The translations under genes were made by a program, and so were the position numbers. A model generated the notes under the pieces. It was not told the origin of the DNA. It saw only the letters and a list, made by a program, of their open reading frames with translations, and made no database searches. From assembly GCA_044892525.1 (NCBI GenBank), contig CM097885.1:236470001-236534000 (forward strand): a stretch of 64,000 bases of DNA. The letters run 5' to 3'. Of the stretch, positions 52,247-64,000 are shown one piece after another. How positions within the stretch are numbered: position 1 is the stretch's first letter; each line of letters opens with the position of its first letter. This DNA comes from Schmidtea polychroa. Lineage: Eukaryota.

Positions 52247-52374
52247 ACAGCCTGTTGAAATAATGTGGTACCGAATTCTAGATTTGTGTCGTACTGATTA
52301 AAACAAGCACGAACTTCTTTATTATGTGGGTCTGAAAATGTTGAAGTTAATAATAACAATAATAATTATAAATT

Positions 52375-52461
<87 letters not shown>

Positions 52462-53050
52462 GTAATAATAATAATATTAATAATAACACATGTAATAATA
52501 CATGTAATTTATTATTATTTAAATTATTAATCGTTTTAGAACTATTAAAATAAAATGTTAAAGCGTTAATGCTAATGAGGCACGACGATTATACGAAGAA
52601 TGTTTCCCAAATCTTATATGTCCAAGTAGGTGGATGATTAGCACAATTCATTACTGTTTAAGCGATACTTGGAAAAAACAAATGCTTGGAGAAAAACCTG
52701 AGAGAATGTATATAAAGTCATCGCTCCGTTTGTGGCATTTTATAATAAAAAGGTTTGTATCCATACAAAATTCAATGAATTCAAGTACTTTTACGATGTG
52801 ATTATAAAGCAAGGATTTCCTTTTGTCAATGGCTCATTAATTATATATATTATATATTATTAATTATATAAACATATATGGTCCGTGCATGATGATGCCC
52901 TGGTCATTTTTACAAAATTTAAAAGAATATATGAACAATAGTTTTAAAAGAAAATAGATAGGAGGAGTGGGACGTGTATTATTCGACTCATGGGGTTTGA
53001 ATCAGATAGACTTTTATCTGTAGGGACATTTAAACAATATGATGGACGTC
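52247..53050 (+). mobile_element. Decayed Tc1/mariner element, interrupted by (AAT)n/(AAAT)n
   Basis: TA|CAGCCTGTT start. NANEARRLYEECFPN (N-terminal HTH). LNQIDFYL*GHL matches the SPDLNPxDFxLWGxLK motif. Confidence 0.65.
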
Positions 53051-53496
53051 ACATAAGTTTATTCCTCCTTTCAGATGAAAGATTTTTCTCATTAACAACT
53101 TAATGTTAATATGAATTTCAAGTTTCTTTGTTTAATAGAGATTTTATCATATTATTTTGTGTCATCTTCCCAATCAGATGTAACAGATACCGTTCAAGAA
53201 CTAAGAGTCCGAGTTCTAGTCATATTCTATTAAACAATTGAAAGATAAATTAAGATATAAATTAAGAATTACGAATAAATTAAGATAATATGTCTTAGAA
53301 TTCACAAGACCTTCTGAGGGCGAAGGAATTAATTAAAATTAATTAAATTATATTATGAAAATATGTATGAAAATTTAATTATAGTTCTGTTTGGAAATAA
53401 ATAAATTATAGTTTGAATACTTCAGAAATAAAAATTGTTTTTGAAATTTGAAGCTTTATTGAAATTAATTAATATAAATTCAGAAACCAATATTTA

Positions 53497-53645
<149 letters not shown>

Positions 53646-55622
53646 ATTTAGTTTATAATAAACAAAAATTTTTTATTTCAATTTTACATATTATTTTAAC
53701 TCTTTCAATAATATTAAGTCACTGAAGCTATAATTATTATACAAATCTAATTTTTCTGTTATGAGAGAGTGCAATTAGATTTTTCAAAATAATTTTTAAA
53801 TGAAAAAACTTATTAATTTTATTATATTTTATTAAAATTTTGATATTAAATTAATTTAAATCGTAAGGCAATTTACAAATAATTCGCTTGCAGTAAATAA
53901 AATTAATTAATATTTAAAATATAAAAATAAAATTTTAATTAATTTTGGAAACATAAAAATGAAATTTTTTACATAATTTAAAATTGTTGTTTAAGAAAAA
54001 AATTTCAACTTCATAAAAATTTCTGTAAATACTGAACAATTATTATGCAATTCCATTAACATCAATTAAATGCTTTTTTGATTTCATTTTGCAATATCAA
54101 GTTTCATTATTAAATTAAAATTATATACTTTTTATTATTTATTTTAACTTTCTGAAAATCAACAATAAATATGAATTTATTATATTTACCAATTTTCAGT
54201 CAACTTTCTTTTTTAATTTGTATTTCTTTAATAATTTTGATTGAAGACCTTTAATCAATTTTATACGACTGTATTCGTCTTACCATTTGCCACCAGTTCA
54301 AATCAATTTCCCTCCGAAAATATAAGTTTTTAATTTTAAAATTTTTAATTAATATTTGCATTTTTAATTTATTTTTTATGTTTTGTGTTTAATTTCAACT
54401 TTTTGCTTATCCTAACTTTTTCTATATAATCCGAACATAATTATTATCAATATTACAATTAATTATTTAAATTATTTGTCAATAGAATTTTGTTTAAACA
54501 ATAGAAAAACAAACAATTTTGAATTTGAATAAATAAATGTTAATTAAATTATATATTCATTTATAAAGGAACATAGCAATGCGACCATTGAAAAATCAAA
54601 ATTAAGGAACGCATGATCCGAATGATATTTGAAGGGTGATTTGGAAGTATTCATCCAGATTTTCAAAATGTATTTTAATATATTTGAATTAGAATAATCC
54701 AATTGAAGCTTAGTGGTGAAGTACGTTATAAGAAGAGATCTACTCCCAATTTGTGAAGTAATTTATAAAAAATTAAGAATTTTCAAAACAATGGAGCGAA
54801 GTTTTTCTTTAATCAGAGTCGATTTATAATTATAAGAAAGACCTTCAATATTTTTTGTTAAAGTTGAGAGAATGGAAATATTGGTAAAAGAATTAATACC
54901 AAACTTTTTATTTCATTGAATCAACAACAAAGATAGTAGAGAAAGGCAGTTTTTTGGTAGCCGAATAAATTTAATATTAATCAAGCAAATGACAAGATAA
55001 ACCATTGCTGCAAAATACTTATTAGTTATAAATTTCGATTATAAAATAATTTTAACCAATTCAATTAGCTAGAATTTTAAAAATACTTGCTTGTTTTCTT
55101 TAAAAAATCATTTTCTCTCCTTCATTGGATTCAAATTTGATCAAACAAAATAAAAATTAAAATTAAAACTTTATAAAATTATTTGAATTTTGATTTTAAT
55201 TTTATTTACACAATTTTGAGATTCTTCAGCATTCTAACAAAATTTTTATTGAACATCTTTTTGCAAAACAAAATTTTAATTAAGAAAAAAATAATTTTAT
55301 TTATAAGTTATTTAAATTAATTAAAAATTAACTATTATTATTATTAATTATTATTATAATTATTATTGTTTCGACCAGTCAGAGGGAGGTATGACTTTTC
55401 CCTCTTATTAGCTGTATGAATTCGGCCTCGCGATTGTGATGGTTATTGTGTCAAGCACACAGACGCGGTCTGGGTCGTTTTTGTAATTTTTATCGCGTCT
55501 GTGTGCGCGTTGTTATTAAAATTGTTACTGTGTGGGTATGCGAACACAGACGCGGACAATGTTCTTAAATGAATTTTTAGTATTGGAATTGTTTGTATTT
55601 GGGAATTGATTTATTTCGAAGG

Positions 55623-56090
55623 TTGGATAAAATGGGTTTGAATTTAACCCTTTCCAGTCCAGTGATTCCAAATGGAATCATTAGTTAAAAACTCAGTTTT
55701 TTTCTCTCTACTACCAAAACGGTTGGCAGTAACTAGTGAGAACTATAGTAAGATATGTTTTTAACAGTTGGCACAGGGGGCAACAAAAAAAATGAAGTAA
55801 AATATTTTTATGATAAAATAAGTAGTTTTGGTACCTACTTACTGCATATATTTTTTTTTGTTTTGAAAAAATTTGGGCTGGAAAGGGTTAAAGAGTTTCC
55901 CTATCTGGTCAGATTATATGAATTTCTTAAAATCAACTCAAGTCAATATACTGAAAAATAATTGCCACACGTCGAATCTATCATCGGGCTATTGTTACTC
56001 CATTGCGTCGTATTGAGACAATTTGGAGAGATTATAATGCTTTGAAACTTCTATTAATAGTGTTATCGCTAAGAGAATTTTCGAAGAACC
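55623..56090 (+). pseudogene. Fragment of cleavage stimulation factor CstF-77 / Su(f)-like gene, split by a piggyBac MITE and frameshifts
   Basis: With the MITE removed it reads LDKMGLNLKSFPIWSDYMNFLKS...IIATRRIYHRAIVTPLRRIETIWRDYNA(F)ETSINSVIAKRIFEE. This resembles the CstF-77 HAT-repeat region as I recall it (ALDKIG..SYQIWVDYINFLK..RRVYQR..NPM..IEQLWRDY..INxxxAKK). Confidence 0.75.
55648..55887. mobile_element. piggyBac-type MITE, 240 bp
   Basis: TTAA|CCCTTTCCAGTCCA ... TGGGCTGGAAAGGG|TTAA. Confidence 0.93.
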
Positions 56091-57030
56091 AGGAGCTTTG
56101 ATTTCCAAAGATGGTCAAACTCGAGAGGATGTTTTGTTGATCTATGAACCTGAAAGTCATGGAAATTGATAAAAATAAAGACTTTCTCATTTCGACTTAA
56201 TAGAATTATTATTATTATTATTAAAGCATTACTAAGCGTATCTATTTATACAAAGAAATGTAAAAAAATTAAAGACATCATACTTTATTCGACAAAATAT
56301 ATTATGAAAGATTAGTGTTAATAGAAATTATTTTCTACATGAATAGTTAAGCTAAAGAATTTTAAAAAATGCAAAATTATTATTGAAAACAAAAATAAGC
56401 TGAAATAATAATAGTAAGAGATTCTCGAATTTTTGAATTTCTACTTATCATTAAGCAAGTTTGATTATTAAACAACTTTATATTCAATGCATTTAAATTT
56501 TTTTAATATTTTACTACTACATAATTAATAATAATAATAAAAATAATATTATAATTAATTATAAAAATTAAAAAAATTAATAATAATAATTATTACTCTT
56601 AAAGAGAAATTACAAATGTCAGATTTGATTTATTGCTTTTGACTTTGGAAATATTATAAAAAAATTAAATTAAAAAATTAAAAAATAATAATTTAAAATA
56701 ATGTAGAAAAATAGATAAAATATAATTTTATAAGATCATTAGGATTTAAAAATCAAAATGGAAACATTTTTTAAAATATTTAAATTGCGTACATAAAAAG
56801 TTATTGGAAACTATATTTTATAAATATTTTAAGATATTATTTATTTAAATATGTTTCTATCAGCTAGTTATAGAAGCTTTATAAATTTAAAAATTTTTCT
56901 TAGTGAGTCATTTTGAATTTTAAAGGATATTTAAATAGAAAAACTTTTTTAATTTTAAATTCGCCAGAAAAAAAGCATATTATTCTTTTTTCACCAATGA
57001 GAATTAAGAACAAGGAAATAAAAAAGAAAA

Positions 57031-57062
57031 TCACTTGAAAATGCAGTGCCGAAAATTCGTGA
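57031..57062 (+). ncRNA. Minimal type I hammerhead ribozyme motif, copy C (U3-A8 core variant)
   Basis: TCAC-TTGAAAA-TGCAGTGCC-GAAA-ATTC-GTGA: helix I TCAC/GTGA, palindromic AATT helix III, UUC cleavage triplet. Confidence 0.65.
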
Positions 57063-57070
57063 GTATCAAT

Positions 57071-57176
57071 AGTGACGATATTTAAATTGATATATTGTTT
57101 AAATATTCAGATTTTATAATAAATATATATTTGAAAATAACGTGTTAGTTTAATGACTTATAATGAAAATGTTACT
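57071..57176 (+). repeat. 5' LTR (AGT...ACT)
   Basis: Direct repeat of 61472-61577. Confidence 0.93.
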
Positions 57177-60100
57177 GGCGACCACGCCGAAATCGCAGCT
57201 CTGACGAGATCACAGCAAAGGCAGAAAATTGTGGAATCTTTGCCAAAGAATATTCAAGATTCAATTTATCCAGTGATAAAGAAGTATTTTGGAAGAAAAG
57301 AAGAAAATGCAAAGGACTGGCTTGTATCTATTGAAGAATTTGTGACGATAAATTCGCTCAATTTAGGAGCAGCATTCGATTTGTTATTGCATGGAGACGC
57401 AAAAGAGTTTTGGATGGCCTTTAAGGACGCACAAAAGACTCCGGCCTCAGATCAAAATATCGAAGACATGAGTCTGATAAAGCAGAGATCGGACGAAAGG
57501 TTTGAAAATTTTGTAATCAGAGTGAGGAAATTAGTGCGCAAAGTTCTTTCCGCAAATCAAACAGAAGACATGATTGTCAAGGATATTGTAAAAAAAACGT
57601 ATGTATTCAGAAAAAGTTAATGATGCAATTGCAATGAACCCAGAAGTATCTCTTACAGAATAGAGAAATTGAATGTAAATTTTGAAAATATTTTACATAC
57701 AGAAGACACCAGAGAGGTATTTGTATTGGCAGATGATAGGAAAAAATCGTCGTATGCATCAGTAACAAGGAATAAAATTCCAGTAAGGCAGAATGTTCAA
57801 CCATTGATTAGACCATCAGTTCCTGAGACTAACCGGTATGTAAGTAAAAATAGAAGTTACGAAAATTATGACAATAGACGACATGGTACTGAAAGAAGAC
57901 GAAGCTCAGAAAGTTTATTGGTAAATGAGAGATCCAATAGGCCTATGGTTTCTTTGAAACATATTGCAAGACGATTTTACAACAAATCGAAAGGATTACC
58001 GGAACCAGAATTGCGACCTTTTCAACCCGGTCAATGTTTCTGTTGTGGTGAATCAGGTCATATTCGGAACAATTGTCCTTTAAGCAAGTGTTGTTTAATA
58101 TGCGGTAAAAATGATCATTTTTTACTAACTGGCCTCTATTAAGGAGTAATAATACAAGAAGAATTCACTGTATTCAAGAAGAAAATAATTTAGGAAATCT
58201 GACTTATTCGTATGAAGACCTTGAGAATGATGTCACTTCAGAATCTGAAGTAAATGAAATAGGATCGATTACAGGAAGTAATAGGAAAAAAATGACAAAG
58301 ACCGTCCTTTAAACGAGATACGCTCCATGGCAAACATTTCGTCTGTGGAGTCGTTGAATTAAATGTGCAGAACACAGAAAACCGAAATGTTATGATGTTC
58401 AAGAAGACGAATGGAAGGTGGTGAAGTTTTGTTCAGTGTTGTGGAATAGTGATTGAGATGTTCTGGGATACAGGTGCGTCGGTTACTGTAATGTCGGAGG
58501 CCATATGGAGGAAGTGTGGCAGTCCAGTTTTAAAAGCGGTAGATATGGCGCTCAGAGGGGCGTTTGGAAATAAGTCTAAATCATGCTTAGGTGACTTTAC
58601 AACTTCGAATGTTTGGAATGAATTGTGTCAGAAAGTGAATGTAATTGTGGTTAGGGATATAAGTCCAAGTTTTGTAGGTGGAATGAATTTGATTTTAGCT
58701 TTTAAAATAAAACTTGTGCCAGATACATCAATTGCATTAATAGATTCAGATACGGTTAGTGTTAGCTACAGTGATACCGAACGATGTAAAAAAGCGCTGG
58801 ATGTTTTTGGACCAAATTCAGACCCAAAACTGGTGGAGTTAGTAACCATGTATAGTACGATCTTCATGGCATCAGATTTTGATCTAGGTTGTACTAGTTT
58901 GGTTACACATACTATAAGAACCTCTGGAAATCCAATTATTTAAAATCATAAGCTCATGGCAATGCAGATGGAATCAAAAGTGGACGATATGATTATGAAA
59001 TTATTAAAAATGGGCAATATCAGGAAATGCCAAAGCCCATGGAATTCACCTATGGTCGTGGTACGTAAGAAAGACGGATCAATCAGGATGTGTCAAGATT
59101 TTAGGAAGGTTAATGAAGTTACTGAAAAATTCAGTTTTCCAATGGCAGACTCTCAAACAATATTCGATTCTTTGTCCAGATCTTCAGTTTATTCGTCCCT
59201 AGACTTGGGGCAGGCATATTATCAGGTACATGTGAATGAAGCGTCTCAGTTAACAAAAGCGTTTTCTACAAAGAAGGGACAGTTTTGCTACAATCGAATG
59301 CCATTTGTATTATCCACAGCTCCAGCAACTTTCCAAAGACTTATGCACATATTATTTGATGATATTTGGTATAACGGGGTTGCAGCATATTTAGATGATG
59401 TTCTGATGTATGGAAAAACTATCGAAGAACAAAATAGAAATTTGGAGGAAGTTTTCAAGCGAATTAAATCAGCAGGATTAAAGATCAATCCTAAGAAGTG
59501 TAGTTTTTATAAGAGTGAATTGATATTCTTGGGCCATAAAATTTCAGCAGAAGGAATATCCACGAATAACAATATGATAAAGAGAATTATTGAGGTTGAA
59601 ATACCGAAATGCAGCAGACAACTACGTTCATTTTTGGGATTAGCAAATTATTATCGCAAATTTGTTCTAAATTTTGCTGAAATAGCGAAACCATTGTATG
59701 AAGCTACAAAGGGACATGAAAAAGATATTGAATGGAATGACAAGTGTGAAGAAAGTTTCCGAAAACTTAAACAGGTATTATCGAGTGCACCAACCTTGGC
59801 GTTTCCAAATAAGGTCGATTACTTTATTTTGGACACTGACGCGTGTTTTAGTGGAATTGGTGCTATTCTAAGTCAAGTTCAAAATGGTTGTGAAAAAGTC
59901 ATAGCATATGGTTCAAGATTTTTAAGTGCTCACAAGAAAGGATACTGTGTAACTAGAAAAGAACTATTAGCAATATATGAGTACGTCCTATATTTTCGGC
60001 ATTACTTATATGGAAAAAAAGTTTGATATACGTACGGATCATAAGGTTTTAAAGTTCTTAAAATCAACTTCGAAACCAATAAGTCCACAATTCCAAACAT

Positions 60101-61471
60101 GGTTTGAGTGAGTTGTCAGGTTATGATTTTAATTTAAAATATAGGAAGGGTGAAAATCATAACAACGCTGATGGACTATCGAGGATATTGTTAAGTTATT
60201 GCTCACAATGTCAAATCGAGCACGAAGAAGGAAAACTTGAGAAGAGCTGGATAAGATTTTTAAACATTATTACTTCAAGTAATTTAAATATGCAGTTATA
60301 TATTGAGAATCAGGAAGCAGATAATTTGTTGTCTACAATAAAGAAATATGTACTAAACCCGAGTCCCGAGATACCTCACTTGATTCGGGATTCACCTTAT
60401 TTCAAAAGATTGGATCAGATATTGGTAAAAGACAATATGTTATTAATAGTAAATGATGATAAGCAGAAGATATTAATTCCGCAGAAGATAGCGTCACAAG
60501 TCGTACAGCATATGCACAAAGAACTTTGTCATTCAGGAGTTAAGAAAACAACAAATTATATGAACGATTATTTCTTTTGGATACACATGGTAACCGATAT
60601 ACGAGATTTTATAAAAAAAATGTGATATATGCATGAGAAGGAAAGTTTTGACAGGTAAAACAGCTGAATATTTAATTCCTATGGTAATAATGAATTTGAT
60701 GGAACAAATCGTAATCGATATTGCTCATATGAAGGAAACCAGAAACCGTAACCGTTATTTGGTAGTTATAATTGATCAGTTCAGCAAGATGGTTAGTTTA
60801 ACGCCTACTCCAAACCAACATGAAAAGACTGTATATCGTGTACTTTTACACAATTGGATATACAAATTCGGTAAACCAGCTTACATTGTTTCGGATAGAG
60901 GTAAGGTTTTCGAGGGAAGTCAAATTTTAACATCGAATGGATATTTACGTCGCCATATGATCATAAATCTAATGGTTTAGCAGAACGGGTAATACGAACA
61001 GTTCGTGATATGATCGTGACATTTTTGAGTGATGGTCAAACTGGAGGGTGTTGGGACGACATTATACCAAAAATTGAATATTCCCTAAACTCAACAACAC
61101 AGAATTCTACGGGATTTTCGCCAATGGAAATATTATTTGGAAGAAAGGTTAATATACATGGAAAGAATTCATTCATAGATCTTAATCGAGAAAAAGTATT
61201 ATTGACAGCACAGAATAATGTTATGGTAGCGGCAGATAAAATGTGATCAAGATATGCAGATAAGAAATGCCATCGGCATTTTGAGGTGGTCAAAGAGTTC
61301 TAGTAAAGATGGATCCACATAAGAGATCAAAACATGGTAATTTGTTCGAAGGTCCTGTAAAGATTCTTGGTTTTCCAACGGAACACAAAGTTGAACTAGA
61401 ATATCCAGCTGGGAAAAGATGCAGAAGAATTGAATGGCTGAAAGAGTATCACAGTTCTTAAAGAATGGGAG

Positions 61472-61577
61472 AGTAACAATATTTAAATTGATATATTGTT
61501 TAAATATTCAGATTTTATAATAAATATAAATTTGAAAATAACGTGTTAGTCTAATGACTTATAATGAAAATGTTACT
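61472..61577 (+). repeat. 3' LTR (AGTAACA...TGTTACT)
   Basis: Direct repeat of 57071-57176; follows the PPT. Confidence 0.93.
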
Positions 61578-63572
61578 TCAACAAACATCGATATATTACT
61601 GATTTATAGTCTTCAAGTTCTCTTTTCAATATAATTTATATTTCTATGTCGGACAGACCCCATTATCAATTCATCTAACTCTTCAGTAAAAGTTTACTAT
61701 TAATTTACCATTTTAACTATGTATTTTGTTAAAACTTTGGTATGAGACTTTGATGTAAAATAATGGAAAAAGAAATTCATGGTATTTACAAACTGAAAGA
61801 TTTAAATAATATTAAATTTTGTATTATTATACATTATTTCTTCCGAAATTTTGCTGAGGAGATGATATCACTTTTGAAACATTTTTGCATTATACAAATT
61901 TCATTTTCAAAAGAGCCACAATTAATAAATAATGAAATAATATATTAATATATTAAATTCGCAATATTTTTTTAAATAATAATTAATGCATTTTGTAAAA
62001 AAACTAATAAGAATATCACAACTTCTTTCCTACATATCGAGAATTAGAAATTGTGAAACAAATCAATAATAAATGGGAAAAAATCTCTCATTCTATTAAA
62101 ACAATTTTAATTAAACTCATAATTCATTTGTTTTATTCTTTAAAATATTTTTATTAAAATTAATATTAAACATTTAATATTTTAATTTTATTATGTATTT
62201 TAAAATTTGTTTCATGATTCATTATAACAAAGTGAAATTAAAACGAAGCACATTACGGATTATTTAGAGGCAATATTCAAAAGAAATCAGTAAATAATTT
62301 ATTCAGACAGGATTTCTGGTTTCAACAGTAATTTCCTAACTAAATGCATCTGTCTGCATATGGCATACTCTAAGTGGATAATTTATGACACTTGTAAATC
62401 ATCTCGTTGACTTTATTCCTTGCTCGAGAATTTCTTTTCTCAATTTAAAAAATATTTTTTTTGCATTCTTTGAAATTGATCATGGATTAAAATCAAAGGA
62501 ATTTTGTTTTTTTAGAAAATCTAGTCTGTTAAAAATAAGAAATTGAGCATGTGCTCGTTGTCTTTTGTATAGGATTATTTTGATTTATAAACAACGTTTT
62601 CTTAATTATGACAATATAAATACTTTATTAAAATGAGATTGAATTCTTTTTATAATTATTATAGAAATAGATAACAGAAATAGCGTTTTTGGCCAACTAA
62701 TACACTCAATTCCGAAATTGAGTAACCTCTATAATTCAGGTTGGTGTGCACACCAGTTGAGGTGAGTCACCATTTACGTGAAAATGAAGTTACTCAATTT
62801 CATTTATTCAATAATTTATTAGCAACAAAAATGGTTTTCAGGTAATTTTTTTAATTTCAAGTATATTTTAAGACTTGAATTTTGATCTTATATAATTATG
62901 AGATCATTATTCAAGTTCTTAAATATTACTGTTAGCCATCATTTATAATATAATATATTAATAATTAAATTTCAGGTGTTTTTTTAGGAAATTTATGATA
63001 TTTTATGCCTTAATATGGAATATTTATAGATATTTTTATATTTATAAATAAATAAAGTAATCACCAAACACATTTATTTTTTTAAGACATTTAGGGAAAA
63101 ATCGGCGTACATGAACGAAATAGTTTTTTAAATTTTTATAATCTTTCTGCAGCTCATTTTCGATGGCATTTTTCTTTCTGTAAATCAAAAGATCTCGAAG
63201 GACCTTCAATATTTGAAATGCTGCCTTCACACATACTTTAAAATATTTTAATAGTTTGTAATTTAATGAATAAAACTTACATTGTATTTTCTTCTTTTTC
63301 CCTAAAGCTCAAGGTAGAGCTGTCGGAATCTAAATTAAAAGTATTTTCTTCCATTTTTTAATAATTTTAAAATAATTATATTTTAACAATATGTTAACAA
63401 TATGTTAACAGTTATTTGATTCGAAACAAAAATATAAGAATTTTGCATGTATTTTTCATTATGTGTTTTGTGTTGGTGTGTTGAGTTATTTTTTTCTCAC
63501 CTTCACAAAACCTATAATAAAGTTACTAAATTTCGGAATGATAAATTTCTACACAGGTAAGTTTGTGTGTTC

Positions 63573-64000
<428 letters not shown>

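Larger units (their letters stand above)
57071..61577 (+). mobile_element. Full-length degenerate Ty3/Gypsy LTR retrotransposon, 4507 bp
   Basis: 106-bp LTRs (57071-57176 and 61472-61577, 4 differences). PBS TGGCGACCACG; PPT AAAGAATGGGAG; TSD TCAAT / TCAAC. Gag zinc knuckle CFCCGESGHIRNNC, protease WDTGA, RT YLDD, RNase H DTDAC, and integrase (H..LCHSG, IDIA, SDRG) in Gypsy order. Multiple frameshifts and stops. Confidence 0.96.

Noticed and set aside
54570..54900. Exon-like plus-strand stretch
   Set aside because: Stops in all plausible splicings and no recognisable protein.

Overview
Very AT-rich, repeat-dominated eukaryotic DNA. The 41-51 bp GT-AG introns, long (AAT)n/(TA)n arrays and a divergent rhodopsin-type GPCR suggest a planarian-type flatworm genome (inference). 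I can support two host genes. One is a minus-strand 10-exon gene that I assembled by hand (12066-1859, about 642 aa, low-complexity/coiled-coil, product unknown). The other is an intronless 350-aa GPCR (50762-51814). Almost everything else is mobile DNA: hAT elements and MITEs with 8-bp TSDs, a Tigger/pogo-type and a piggyBac-type MITE, Gypsy and mariner remnants, and a Penelope-like element. Penelope terminal-repeat copies carry a minimal variant hammerhead ribozyme motif. A full-length degenerate Gypsy element with 106-bp AGT...ACT LTRs is inserted into one of those copies. The most unusual region, about 29.9-43.3 kb, is a Polinton/Maverick-derived locus. It contains a 4.35-kb fold-back palindrome (ATPase tail, QQGG|F protein, overprinted MGxxxS ORF, truncated integrase, spliced acidic Cys-rich ORF), several satellites, and 13 of the window's 14 copies of an unexplained ~45-bp hairpin motif. 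Two short host-gene fragments (HSP70 lid, CstF-77) each lie downstream of the same C(A/G)CGTCTGTGTGCG motif. All homology calls are by motif recognition; no searches were run.
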